Positions 48,631-59,128 of a stretch of DNA of 64,000 bases are shown piece after piece. Position 1 is the first letter of the stretch, and each line of letters starts with the position of its first letter. The translations under genes were made by a program, and so were the position numbers. The stretch is taken from positions 104,268-168,267 of the IMG/VR virus record IMGVR_UViG_3300032046_005540. One strand, 5' to 3'. Below the pieces are notes generated by a model. It saw nothing but the letters and a program-made list of their open reading frames with translations, did no database searches and was not told the DNA's origin. This stretch comes from a virus.

Positions 48631-50589
48631 TTATGCCCCTCCATGTATTAAATCAGAAATACTTGGCTGTTTTCCTAAAGGAATTGCGATTATTGGAAAT
48701 TTTATAATAATTTCTTCCTTACCTTTTGTTATCTCCGGAATCCCCGCTTCTATTGTTCTTATTCTTTCGAGGGGAAGAGCTCGTTCACCAACCCCTTTTC
48801 TATATTTTTCATAAGTATAAGCAATTTCCCTTTTTAAATCTTCAGGAGAAAGATATCCTCCTTTTACTTCTTCCATAGCTTTTCGTGCAAGTCTTTCTTC
48901 ACCAGTTTCACGTAATCTTTGAGCTCCTAATAGTCCTGTTAATGCAGTATATTCTCCTGCTGCAGTTGTTTTTAACCATTCCTTTTTTTCTCTTTCTTCT
49001 GCTTTTGTTTTAGCCCATTCCTGAGCCGCTGTAACAGCTTTCACAACTTGGTCAAGAGATATCATAGAAGTGGTAAGTAAAGCTAAATAGGGTATTAACC
49101 TTGCAAATCCCAAAGTAGTAGCTCCTAATCCAGCTCCAAGTCCTGCTGCTCCGACACCTAATCCTCCAGCACCTCCACCAAATCCTACTCCTCTTAAAGC
49201 TAAAGCAGTCATTATAGCTCCAGGGACAGCACCTAAAACAGCACCTCCAATACCTCCAGCAGCACCAGCAACCCCTCCTAACCCTTGGGATCTCAAATAA
49301 TCCATAAATTGTAAGAAAGGATAATACCATTCTCGCATTCCTTTAGTACTTGTTTCCATCGTCTTTCTTAATTCATCAAGAGCATTAGTAAGTTCTTGTG
49401 TAGGAGTTTTCATTTCCTCAATAGACTTTGTAAAAACTTCACCACCTTTTTCTAATGTGGGGACTACTCGTTGAAATTGCATAAGTTCCATATCCATAAA
49501 TTGTTTAAAACCTATAGATTGTATTGCTTTATTAGAAAACATTTTTAAGGTTTCTTTTCCAGCAATTGCGAAAACTTGCCCAAAAAGCTCTGGAGCGGCT
49601 GTTGTTTGAAAAACATCTGCCTGCTGCGCAACTCCTAAACCTCTGAAGGTAGAAGCCTCCCCATATCTTTTTTTAGCTGCCACATCTAATGCTTCTTTAG
49701 TTTCGGGAGAAACATCTTCCCAAGCTCTGCCCAACATCATTGCCATTTTTACTCTAAGGTTGAACCCTCCTGCAGTCATTTGAGATTGAGCTAATGTTTG
49801 CATAACATTTTGTGCTTCTCTTGCGGTTATAGTTCCTTTCTTTAAATCATCAGTAAATAAATTCGTAAATGCCATTGCATCACGAATTGAAAAACCATAT
49901 TGTTGTATTTGAGAAGTCAACCCAAAAACAGTATTTTTATAAAGTTCTAAAGGAACTCCCGCGGCCGCTGCATTCAAAGCCATTGTTTCATAAGAATCAG
50001 CAATATTATCTATTGACATTCCTAGTTGTTCATGCATAGTAACAAAATCTCTTGGAAAAGACTTACTTATGCCTAAAGAATATTTAACAAAAAGAGGAAG
50101 CATTTGATTAATTTCTTGTTCCGACCACATCCTCTGCTCAGTTAACGCTTTCATAATCTCTTCAGCCGCAGATCTTGCTGCTTTACCTCCCATCCCGGAA
50201 GCCGTAGAAAGTTGCTCATAATATTTAGTAATTGATACTACACCTATTCCAAGAGCTCTATTTAATTCAGACTGTTTCTTTTCAAGGTTGTCCATTTCTC
50301 GCAACATTACTGCCATACCACCAACTGCTAAACCTAATCTTGTAGTAAATAAATGTAATTGTTGGGAATTCTCAAAGATAAGAGGTCCAAGTCTTGCACT
50401 CTCTTTATTCATGACCCCAAGCTGATTTAAAAAGGTATTAATATGCCCCCCAGCATAAGACCAGCCAAAGAGTCTAAATAAAGCTTCGAAAGAATTTGTT
50501 AAAGTAGTAACACCTACAGCAGCTTCTTTTCCACCAGGCCCTAACTTACCTAATTGTTCTGACATTCCAGCTAATTCTTCACCAACCAT
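48631..50589 (-). CDS. Tape measure protein
   Basis: Helical Ala/Met/Gln-rich protein with a Gly/Ala hydrophobic stretch; sits between chaperones and hub. Confidence 0.75.
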   Translation of the reverse strand: MVGEELAGMSEQLGKLGPGGKEAAVGVTTLTNSFEALFRLFGWSYAGGHINTFLNQLGVMNKESARLGPLIFENSQQLHLFTTRLGLAVGGMAVMLREMDNLEKKQSELNRALGIGVVSITKYYEQLSTASGMGGKAARSAAEEIMKALTEQRMWSEQEINQMLPLFVKYSLGISKSFPRDFVTMHEQLGMSIDNIADSYETMALNAAAAGVPLELYKNTVFGLTSQIQQYGFSIRDAMAFTNLFTDDLKKGTITAREAQNVMQTLAQSQMTAGGFNLRVKMAMMLGRAWEDVSPETKEALDVAAKKRYGEASTFRGLGVAQQADVFQTTAAPELFGQVFAIAGKETLKMFSNKAIQSIGFKQFMDMELMQFQRVVPTLEKGGEVFTKSIEEMKTPTQELTNALDELRKTMETSTKGMREWYYPFLQFMDYLRSQGLGGVAGAAGGIGGAVLGAVPGAIMTALALRGVGFGGGAGGLGVGAAGLGAGLGATTLGFARLIPYLALLTTSMISLDQVVKAVTAAQEWAKTKAEEREKKEWLKTTAAGEYTALTGLLGAQRLRETGEERLARKAMEEVKGGYLSPEDLKREIAYTYEKYRKGVGERALPLERIRTIEAGIPEITKGKEEIIIKFPIIAIPLGKQPSISDLIHGGA

Positions 50590-50606
50590 AAAACTCCTTT
50601 ATAAAT

Positions 50607-50645
50607 AAAAAAAAGCAGGTAACCTATAAAAGCATTACCTGCTTT
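50607..50645 (-). terminator. Rho-independent terminator
   Basis: 11-bp stem AAAGCAGGTAA/TTACCTGCTTT, 12-nt loop, U-tract on the minus strand. Confidence 0.8.
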
Positions 50646-50699
50646 GAGTTCTTCTCAAAAGCTTGGTTATTTATAAAATCTTCGTTCAAAAAACTTTGT

Positions 50700-51194
50700 T
50701 CAAAAAACCTCGTTCAACATCCCATTTGATAATAAATTTTCATAAACCTCTTTAAAAGATTGCAAAAATTCTTTTTCAGAGTAACTATCTTCAAGGTCAT
50801 CTTCACAGAGGATTTCATAATAACGGCGGGCTAATTCATCCTTAGTAAATCCCGGATGGTTTTTAATTTGGCAAAGAACTGTCGAAGGACTTACTATTCC
50901 TTTATTTAACGGTAGTTTTTCAAAATATTTATGCCCTTTAGCAGTTATTACAGGAACTTTCTCCATTTCATTTTCCTTCACAATTTCATCAGAAGGGTCT
51001 AAACATTCTGGTTTAAAAAGAAGATGCCATGCCGAAGTATCACGAGTTCTATCTAACCTTACTTCAATTATAGAAGGAAAAATAGCTACTACTGTTCCTG
51101 TTTTTCCTACAGGATCAACAATACCATTATCTCCATTACGGGCTCTTTCATTAATCTTAACCTTCATTCTTCCCTTTACTTCACTTTGTTTCAT
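50700..51194 (-). CDS. Hypothetical protein (SH3/KOW-like N-terminus), moron-like insert
   Basis: GMKVKI-like start and GKTGTVV; has its own promoter motif and a downstream terminator. Confidence 0.65.
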   Translation of the reverse strand: MKQSEVKGRMKVKINERARNGDNGIVDPVGKTGTVVAIFPSIIEVRLDRTRDTSAWHLLFKPECLDPSDEIVKENEMEKVPVITAKGHKYFEKLPLNKGIVSPSTVLCQIKNHPGFTKDELARRYYEILCEDDLEDSYSEKEFLQSFKEVYENLLSNGMLNEVF

Positions 51195-51222
51195 CTCTCC
51201 TCCTTATTTTATTGTTCAATAT

Positions 51223-51236
51223 ATTATACACAAAAT
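51223..51236 (-). promoter_or_regulatory. Extended -10 promoter motif ATTTTGTGTATAAT, copy 3
   Basis: Same 14-mer; about 30 nt identical to copy 4; AAGGAGG follows. Confidence 0.75.
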
Positions 51237-51311
51237 TTAAAGAAAAGAACAATTTTCTTAGATATAATCCTTTTTGATTTTGGGGTATAATTAAAGACAT
51301 TTTACTACCTC

Positions 51312-51581
51312 CTAAATAACTATTTCAAACTTATATCCTCTATCATTATACATTGTAATTTTTTTAGATTGCTTTCTTTTAATAATGCTACTACAAGAAG
51401 ACCAATAAATGTTATTTTGTAATTTTTCTTTAGGTTCATTCTTCTTATTTGAACACATCCCCCACAATATAAGAAAGGCTAATCCAACAGGAGTTACTGC
51501 AACTCCTACAATAAGTATAATAAAAAGAATTACAAAAAATCCTTTGCATAATTTTTCTATTATATTTAAAAAGTTTAACAT
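51312..51581 (-). CDS. Small membrane protein, moron-like insert
   Basis: About 30-residue hydrophobic stretch; own promoter motif. Confidence 0.65.
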   Translation of the reverse strand: MLNFLNIIEKLCKGFFVILFIILIVGVAVTPVGLAFLILWGMCSNKKNEPKEKLQNNIYWSSCSSIIKRKQSKKITMYNDRGYKFEIVI

Positions 51582-51606
51582 TTATTGCTCCTTTCTTATC
51601 TAATAT

Positions 51607-51620
51607 ATTATACACAAAAT
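51607..51620 (-). promoter_or_regulatory. Extended -10 promoter motif ATTTTGTGTATAAT, copy 4
   Basis: Same 14-mer upstream of AAGGAG and the ATG at 51581. Confidence 0.75.
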
Positions 51621-51640
51621 TTAAAGAAAAGAGTAACTTT

Positions 51641-52276
51641 TTACATATAATCCATCTCAACACTATCCCCTTCATCCTGACTTTCAAGATATTCTTGAGT
51701 TTTTTCATCAAACAAAACATTTTCTCGAGTGCTTTCTTCTGATTGTTTTACTCGATCATACAACTCTTTATCTAACCAAGGCTGCAACATTTCAAAAACA
51801 TTTTTAATTAATTCAACTATGTATTTATTTTTATCTTTATTACTTTTTACTGAATTATAAAAGATCCACAACAATTGAGCATTATTATATTTTGAAGAAT
51901 TTAAAACTTTATCAATTCCAGAACTTTTAGATACTTCCCATAAAAACTTAGATTGAACATCATTCTCTACAATATCCTCAACTATTTTATTTAAACCTTT
52001 AATCCATTCATTGTAAACTTTAGTATACTTTTCAAATATTTTATCAACTACAAAAAAGTTTAAAGATCTTAAAAAAGCTTCTTTTTCTTTCTCAGATTTA
52101 TTTGGAATAATCAAAACAGAAGCTAAAAGTTTAACACATTCCTCTAAAGTCTGAGGAAAAGGTTTTTCATCAATTTTTAAAGTTAAAGACCAATCAACTT
52201 TTTTAAAAGGTTTAATTGTTATTACAGGTAATATATTTTCAAAAATAGCATTTTTTACTTGCTCTTTACTAAACAT
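51641..52276 (-). CDS. Probable second tail assembly chaperone
   Basis: Position between tube/chaperone and tape measure only. Confidence 0.5.
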   Translation of the reverse strand: MFSKEQVKNAIFENILPVITIKPFKKVDWSLTLKIDEKPFPQTLEECVKLLASVLIIPNKSEKEKEAFLRSLNFFVVDKIFEKYTKVYNEWIKGLNKIVEDIVENDVQSKFLWEVSKSSGIDKVLNSSKYNNAQLLWIFYNSVKSNKDKNKYIVELIKNVFEMLQPWLDKELYDRVKQSEESTRENVLFDEKTQEYLESQDEGDSVEMDYM

Positions 52277-52285
52277 AAATTCTCC

Positions 52286-52319
52286 AAAAAAAAGCGAGCA
52301 GTTTTCTATTTCTGCTCGC
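52286..52319 (-). terminator. Rho-independent terminator overlapping the chaperone stop codon
   Basis: Stem GCGAGCAG/CTGCTCGC, 10-nt loop, T8 tract on the minus strand. Confidence 0.7.
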
Positions 52320-52869
52320 CTTTAGGTTCTACATAAGCTCTAACTTGAACAGAAGGATCTTTAGATTCTTCATCAAGCTTTTTTACTTCTTCAACAACTT
52401 TTTGTGCTTCTACTTCTTTTTCTTTTGTTTCTTCCTTAGTCTCTTCTCCTTTTCCCAATAAAAAAGTTTGTTGTTCTTCTTGCAATTTATTATACTCAGC
52501 ATCGATAACATTTACAACAACTGAATCCCACTTTTTAATAAGGATTTTTTTATAATCAAGAACCGAAATAGCAGTTTCCTTATCAAGATCGTGATCCTTA
52601 TTATAAGCATCCACTTGTTCCTGAGTAATAAAAGGTTCTCCATTAATAGAAATTATACATCTTGCAAGCAATTCAACTTTAGCAAGCCAAGCAATTACAC
52701 TAAAAGGAGTATCTGCAAGAGCTTTTGCTATCTCAATATTCTTTCCTACATCTAACAACTCAATTTCAACTTCCCAATCTTGAACTTTGGATCCTTTCCA
52801 AGTTCTAAAAGGTTTAACTTTTTTCTTTGCCATACGAGTTATGTATGTCAAAACTTCACCATAATTCAT
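52306..52869 (-). CDS. Probable tail assembly chaperone
   Basis: Directly after the tube gene; LARCIISINGEP; charged C-terminus. Confidence 0.6.
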   Translation of the reverse strand: MNYGEVLTYITRMAKKKVKPFRTWKGSKVQDWEVEIELLDVGKNIEIAKALADTPFSVIAWLAKVELLARCIISINGEPFITQEQVDAYNKDHDLDKETAISVLDYKKILIKKWDSVVVNVIDAEYNKLQEEQQTFLLGKGEETKEETKEKEVEAQKVVEEVKKLDEESKDPSVQVRAYVEPKGEQK

Positions 52870-52897
52870 TTCTTCCTCCTTTACTTTAATAAACTAA

Positions 52898-53380
52898 TTA
52901 TGCAACCCGAGTAGGTCTTACCGTCATTGTTTCAACATTAGTAATTGCTCCTGTAGAAATAGTTTTACCCCAATCAGTAATCCAACAATCCTCATAAGTT
53001 GTATAAACAATTCCTGCATTACCATCAGCCTTCCCCGGAGGACCAGTTACCGCATTATTAAAAAGATTTGTTTGCGGATGATGAATTGCTTCTTTAATAT
53101 CTACAGATCTAATTTGATTTTGAATATCTTTAGTCACAATTCCGAAATGATCAAACAAAACTTTATTATATAATCGAACTTTCTCAAGTCTTATTGTATA
53201 ATCAGTAACTCCAGGAACGATCTCTTTTATTTGGCCTCCGTTAGTTGCGATTTCTCTTACAACATCAACCGTCCTTGTTTGCGTTGGATTAAAACTTCGA
53301 AGAGTACCAACAGGAATATCATCGATAGATACATCATAGGAAAACCATACTTCGCTAGCAGTGAATGGAAGTCTTGCCAT
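52898..53380 (-). CDS. Tail tube protein
   Basis: 160 aa, follows sheath; EIVPG; YEDCWITDW; likely start MARLPF after GGAGG. Confidence 0.8.
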   Translation of the reverse strand: MARLPFTASEVWFSYDVSIDDIPVGTLRSFNPTQTRTVDVVREIATNGGQIKEIVPGVTDYTIRLEKVRLYNKVLFDHFGIVTKDIQNQIRSVDIKEAIHHPQTNLFNNAVTGPPGKADGNAGIVYTTYEDCWITDWGKTISTGAITNVETMTVRPTRVA

Positions 53381-54260
53381 AATTTTCACCTCCAATTAAA
53401 TTTTTTAATTTCATTTTTACTTCTTCAGTATTATTCAAAATATCATCTTCCCAAAATCTTAGAAGAATGAAGTTATTGCTTTTAGCTACTTCATTATGTT
53501 TAATATCTCTTTCTTTTACTTTTAATTGCATTTTATTTAACTTTTGAAACTTTAAAGGATTACTATGATAGTAATCTCCATCTACTTCTATAAGAACATT
53601 AGAATTGAGAATATGAAAATCAAATAAACAATGCTCAAGTCGATATTGATGTTCAAAAGAAATGTTTAAAGAAGTCAAAATCTCTTTCATTTTAAGTTCA
53701 GGTTTTGTATTTGTAAAAGGACCTGAATGATTTTGAATATGAAGTAATGCACTTTTACTCATTTTTTCTTTTGTTTTTTCAGAATGAGGCCCTAATTTTT
53801 TACCTTCACGAGATTTTGATTGTTTTCTTTTTATTTCAGAAGCTTTCTCTTCCCCATAAAATTCTTCATAAGTTTTTTCTCTTCGAGGACCTCCTATTTT
53901 TTCACAAGATTCTTTAGGCCAATTCTTTTTATGAGGTCGCGGAGGTTTTCTATTTCTTTGTGCTTCTAAAAAATTAACCCGAAAAACAGGGTCAGACATT
54001 GTTTTTTTAACACTCTTACTTGTTTTTTCGTGCTCTTCTTTTCGAGACCATCTAACAAAAGAACTTGCTTTTAACTTTTTTTTATGTTCTTCAGATTTTG
54101 GCTTACCTTTATTTGCTTCACTTTTTGATCTTGTAGGAATATTATATTTTCGCATCCACCGTAACACAGTTGCATCTGAAATATCTAACAAATTTCCAAT
54201 TTGTTTTAATGTTAATCGTTTTCGAATATAATATTCTTCGAGTATTTCTTTACTTATCAT
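53355..54260 (-). mobile_element. Free-standing homing-endonuclease-like gene between sheath and tube
   Basis: N-terminal HTH; NUMOD3-like KSEEHKKKL; TYEEFYGEEKA; IEVDGDYYH; LRFWE. Confidence 0.8.
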
Positions 54261-54283
54261 TTTAATCCTTATAATTATTAAAA

Positions 54284-55654
54284 TTACACATACAAATAAA
54301 AAGTCACGCGAATGTAGTCAAGTGGATAAAGGAACTTTATTGCACCGGTCACGTCTACTTGTCTTGGATCTACTAAACTTTGAACCGCCTTAATTGGAAC
54401 CTCTCCAGTTAGGGGATCTGTTTTTGTTCCATAAGCATAAATATATCCATTTCTAACCATTGCGTTCCAAATAGCCTTTAATGCTTCTTCAACCAATCCA
54501 GGAGTTTCTGGCCCTATCACAATTCCTTTACCAATAAACCTTTCATCAAGTTTATTTCTTGTAATCCTGCGAACATAATCATCACTTGCTATAATAGAAA
54601 CTTCAACCGTATCCGCAGAAGTTGGATCAGTAGTTAAAGCATGTCTAACTTTTACAACTCCAGACACACTATAACACACCAAAACTCCATTTGCTCCTAG
54701 CCGATTCATATCATATGGTTCATATTCCTCATCTAAAAGAGAGAAGCCTACAAGAGTTTTTCCTGTTACTGGATATACAACTTTCTCTTGACTCGTAATA
54801 GCACCAGCAACTGCGGCCGCTATATAAGAACCATCTAAAGTCAAATCATTTCTATCCACATTATCTCCAGGAAATACTAAAATAGCACGACTACTTGCTA
54901 ATGCGTTTGCTTTAGTAATATGATTATCAACAGTCGAAGAAGAGCTCATTCCCAAAATACATTCTCTTTCATGTCCAATTAAAGGTTGAGATTCTAACAA
55001 ACAATGATTAACAAAATAAGCTTGTTGTGTAGAATCAACGGTAATTGGAACTACATATGCAACATTCTTTTTCTTTCTTAACTTGTTTACTGCAGTTTGC
55101 CAATCAGAATCAGCAGAACCACTAACTTGAACACACATAACAGCAGGAGCACCATTTTCTAATGCTAAATTTGCAGCCATTGTCATAGAACCATCAGCGG
55201 CTGCACTTTCCTCTCCATAAAAAGCAAGCACATCATCTGAATCTACAAACGTTGTAGGATCAAACTGAGTTGCATCTACTGGATAGGTATAAGAAACATA
55301 ATATGTTTCTCCTTCTCTTGGCTGACCATCTCCAGGAGTTCCACTATTCCATTCTATATATCCTAAATTATTCTCATCAGTTCCAGCACCATAAGTCCAA
55401 TTTCCTATCCAATTTGAATAACTTCCAGAAACACCAGGAATAGCAGCAACTTGACTAACAGTAACATTAAAATGTTGTAAAAAATCTTGATTTGAAGACC
55501 CAGAACCAGCTGCTCTGACCACAGCTTCATCTATTACTGTTCTAATACTTGGACCAGTTGCTATAATTGCTGGAATTCTGACCTCCTCAGAAATATTAAT
55601 TATTCTTTGATTAGCAATACTAACGACTTCCACTCCAGGACTTTTATATACCAT
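54284..55654 (-). CDS. Contractile tail sheath protein
   Basis: YKSPGV start; ALENGA; AAAVAG; VRHALTT; FIG; YPLDYIRVTF terminus. Confidence 0.9.
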   Translation of the reverse strand: MVYKSPGVEVVSIANQRIINISEEVRIPAIIATGPSIRTVIDEAVVRAAGSGSSNQDFLQHFNVTVSQVAAIPGVSGSYSNWIGNWTYGAGTDENNLGYIEWNSGTPGDGQPREGETYYVSYTYPVDATQFDPTTFVDSDDVLAFYGEESAAADGSMTMAANLALENGAPAVMCVQVSGSADSDWQTAVNKLRKKKNVAYVVPITVDSTQQAYFVNHCLLESQPLIGHERECILGMSSSSTVDNHITKANALASSRAILVFPGDNVDRNDLTLDGSYIAAAVAGAITSQEKVVYPVTGKTLVGFSLLDEEYEPYDMNRLGANGVLVCYSVSGVVKVRHALTTDPTSADTVEVSIIASDDYVRRITRNKLDERFIGKGIVIGPETPGLVEEALKAIWNAMVRNGYIYAYGTKTDPLTGEVPIKAVQSLVDPRQVDVTGAIKFLYPLDYIRVTFYLYV

Positions 55655-56204
55655 TTGAAACCTCCTTTAATAAATTATTTTCGATTTCTTTTAAATTCTT
55701 TATAACAATCAATTTTAAATTTTTATATCCATAATTATCTAATAATTCTCTCCTTTGCATATAATACAAATCATCTGTTAACCTTTTTATATCAAAAGGA
55801 TGAAACTCAACTACAATTTTATCATTTACTAAAAAATCAAATCTTCCTTCAAAATTATGTTTAACTCTAAACCCCAATTCTTTTAATTTTATATAACAAT
55901 CCCTTTCTTGTAAAGAAGGAAAAAATTCATTATTATAATAACAGTTAGTACCAAAACCATTTTTTAAAGCTTTTTGGATTCTTTCCGGAGTCAATGCTTT
56001 TTGTTTTGTTGCTTCATAACAAGGTCTATGTTTACCATAATTAGGATTGTTTTTACCAGAATAATGATTATGTTTACCTATATTTCCTACACGGCATTTT
56101 TCTTTTGCTTCTTCTGTTTGTTTATGTCCTTTCTTTGAACAACTACGGCATCTTTTCGCATATCTACTAATTTCTTTATTACAATCTATACATTTATTTT
56201 GCAT
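55644..56204 (-). mobile_element. Free-standing putative endonuclease, second class
   Basis: CIDC..CRSC; NNPNYG; FPSLQE...RFDFL...VVEFH, close to 24801..25505. Confidence 0.7.
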
Positions 56205-56224
56205 TTTTAACTCTCAAAATATTT

Positions 56225-57301
56225 TTAAGGATCAAAACTCTTAATATCCGGTACAACTTTCTTTACAGTATCTGCTCTAAAATCCTCCTGCCAGAACCCG
56301 TAAACCTCCACAGTATATAAAACTGAAAATATTCTATCATTTCCTCTTTCTCTTACACTTTCTGCTGATTCTGAAATATTTATAATTTTAACACCAACTT
56401 CAGTAGTCTCACTCATAAAATCGAAATCAACATTCAATGTTGGAGGATATGTTATTGCTTCTTTTCTTTTTAAATCAGCATGTTTTAAAGCATTTAAATA
56501 CATAAAAACAATATTTTTTACAGAACGCATACTATGAATATCTTTTGCTTCAATTCTAAATATTAAATTTGACTTAATTCCTCCTCCTAATCTTATATAA
56601 ACTGGGCCTTGAACTACTGCGAAAAGAGTTGAGCTAGATGATAAACTCCAAGCTCCTGAACCATATTTAGTAGCCAAATAAGGATATGGAGTTAAAGTAG
56701 CATCTGGATTTGTATCTTTTGCAACATAATATATGCAATCACTTGGCGCTTCTAAAGTTAAAAAATATAATTGATTTTGTAACAAAGTAATTTGTGGATA
56801 TAACTCACACCACTTCCACACAAAATCGGTATCCTCAAAAGCATCTATAGTTCCAGAAGCAATTGCAACTCCTGGAAAACTTGCACTTGCTGAAGATAAA
56901 TTTAAAGTTATATCTCCATTCAATCTACTTGCATATTTTAAAGCAATTCCTACATCTCTTAATTTCAAATCTTCATTTAACTGAATCCCAAACGCACGTT
57001 TATACCCATTTCCTAAAATTTCATAAGATAAAGGTTGAGATCCAAATCTTTCACTTATCCATAAATTATCTACTCTATCATTTATTGCCCAAGGATCACC
57101 AGCACCAGGTCCTCCTTCAATTGAAATATATGGATAGTTTTCAGGTTCCCTTGGTAAATGATCATACACCTGAGGCGTGTTTCCTTCAGTTAATTCTACT
57201 ACTTCGTTATCCTCATTCACCCAAATCGTATTTTGAGCAAATATCTTTCGAAATGATTTTGCAAAATAGTCTATAATATCATGCATCTGCAAATATTTCA
57301 T
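56225..57301 (-). CDS. Probable tail terminator/completion protein with an inserted beta-rich domain
   Basis: Position before sheath; YPYISI; central beta-rich insertion. Confidence 0.55.
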   Translation of the reverse strand: MKYLQMHDIIDYFAKSFRKIFAQNTIWVNEDNEVVELTEGNTPQVYDHLPREPENYPYISIEGGPGAGDPWAINDRVDNLWISERFGSQPLSYEILGNGYKRAFGIQLNEDLKLRDVGIALKYASRLNGDITLNLSSASASFPGVAIASGTIDAFEDTDFVWKWCELYPQITLLQNQLYFLTLEAPSDCIYYVAKDTNPDATLTPYPYLATKYGSGAWSLSSSSTLFAVVQGPVYIRLGGGIKSNLIFRIEAKDIHSMRSVKNIVFMYLNALKHADLKRKEAITYPPTLNVDFDFMSETTEVGVKIINISESAESVRERGNDRIFSVLYTVEVYGFWQEDFRADTVKKVVPDIKSFDP

Positions 57302-58284
57302 AAGATTTTCCCCAAAATATTTTTAATATTTTCTATATTATTTAAAATATCGTCTTCCCAAAATCTTAGAAGAATAAAGTTATTATTTATAGCTATTTCA
57401 TTGCATCTATTATCTTTTTCTTTTTGTTCTAATTGCATTTTGTTCAATACTGAATATTTTTTAGGATTTCCATGGTACCAATCTCCATCAACCTCTATTA
57501 AAACATTAGTATTTAAAATATAAAAGTCAAAATTATGATTTCCCAATCTAAATTGATGTTCAAAAGGAATGTTTAATTCATTAAGAATTTCTTTCATTTT
57601 AAGTTCTGGGGCAGTATCTTTATAAGGCCCATGTTGAGTTTTTATCCGAATTAAAGCACTTTTACTCATTTTTTCTTTAGTTTCATTAGAAAAAGGACTA
57701 TGGTTTTTATGCATCTTCTTTTTTGTTATAATAGAAGGGTGTTTATTTTCTAATTTTTTACTCATTTTTTCAACTCGTTCATCTGTTTTTCTTGTAAGAT
57801 TTTTATTCCAAGCTTTGCGACCTTTTCGAGATATGCTCATATTTCTTTTCCATTCTTCAGAAAAAGGAGGACGTTTTTTACCTAATTTTTTATCTCTCAT
57901 TTTTTGTTTTGCTTCTTCAGTATGTTTTTTATTTTTGCTTTTCATTGTTATACTTTGTTTTCTTTTTTGTTCTTCAGATTTAGGTTTACCTTTATTTTTT
58001 TCGCTTATTTTCTTTTTTGTTTCCTCAGATCGAGGTTTATTATAAAAAGGGTGATTTTTACCACTTATTGCTTCACTATGTGTTCTTAATTTGTAATTGT
58101 TTCTTATAATAATTTTTCTGATAGTTTCTGGAACACAAGTCCACTTCTTAGCTAAAATAGTAGTACTTGGTTTTTCTTCTGAAAAATATTCATTACAAAT
58201 TTGTTGTTCTTCCTCTTTTGAAAATATTTTTTGCAATTTTAAACCCTTTTTACAAAGTTTCAACCCTTTTATATCTAACGTCAT
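57298..58284 (-). mobile_element. Free-standing homing-endonuclease-like gene (HTH-like module, NUMOD3 repeats, DUF559/Vsr-like domain)
   Basis: ICNEYFS module; RSEETKKKIS-type repeats; IEVDGDWYH; LRFWE. Confidence 0.8.
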
Positions 58285-59128
58285 TTTTTTCTAATAATAT
58301 AACTTCAAATTCTTGATGCAAGAAAATCCCGCGAAGGAAACTATCCATTTTATTCACTATCTCATATACCTTATCTACATTATCCCCAATAGTCCCTTTT
58401 ATTATATCGTAGTTTTTAACATAAGGAGTTGATAACGCCCAATGGCGATTCTTTTGCTGTTCAACAAGCCCTTCTTTATTTAAAATAATTCTATAATCAG
58501 TTTTAGGTACTCGAACTAAAATTGTATTCGCAGGATTATATTTAGAAGCAACACAATTATATTTAACCCAACCTATAGGAAATCCCGCTCCATAACAAAT
58601 TTCACAATTCATATCTGGCTGATTAGTAGAATAATCTACACATTCACATAATACTTTATATGAATAAGTTATAGCCCCTGAAGGAATGTATCCAGAATTC
58701 AAATAAAGCTTTATTTGTTTTTTTGTAGAAACTCCTACTCCTACAATTTCTTCTAAAGCAAATTCATTATCATATAATAAATCATTTTTATCAAAAACTC
58801 TTACTAATGGAATTCCACTTTCAAACAAAGAAAAAGATCCAGAACCATCATTAGTATAACTTCTCAAATCTGGATGATTAGCATCTCCTGGACTCCACAA
58901 AATTTTCATATGCTGAGGAGTTGTTTGATCCCAAGATGAAATAGTTCCATTAACCACACTTCCGGAGGTCATTCTTTGATATAAATAGAATGGTTCACCA
59001 CCTAAAACTATTTGCAAAGAATGATTTTCTTTTATATAATCTAAAACTTCTTTATCTAAACCTAGTCCACAATCTTCATATAAAGGCTCATTTAACTGTA
59101 ATGGATTACTACTATTATAAATAGGCAT
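58250..59128 (-). CDS. Probable head-closure / neck protein
   Basis: GGEPFYLYQR; CEC...CEICYGAGF; position in the neck module. Confidence 0.6.
   Translation of the reverse strand: MPIYNSSNPLQLNEPLYEDCGLGLDKEVLDYIKENHSLQIVLGGEPFYLYQRMTSGSVVNGTISSWDQTTPQHMKILWSPGDANHPDLRSYTNDGSGSFSLFESGIPLVRVFDKNDLLYDNEFALEEIVGVGVSTKKQIKLYLNSGYIPSGAITYSYKVLCECVDYSTNQPDMNCEICYGAGFPIGWVKYNCVASKYNPANTILVRVPKTDYRIILNKEGLVEQQKNRHWALSTPYVKNYDIIKGTIGDNVDKVYEIVNKMDSFLRGIFLHQEFEVILLEKNDVRYKRVETL

Noticed and set aside
30577-55654. Extracellular contractile injection system or tailocin rather than a phage
   Set aside because: Contiguous with neck-like genes, DnaB/DnaC/SF2 replication genes and homing-endonuclease-like genes in one co-oriented phage-like layout; capsid genes presumably lie outside the window
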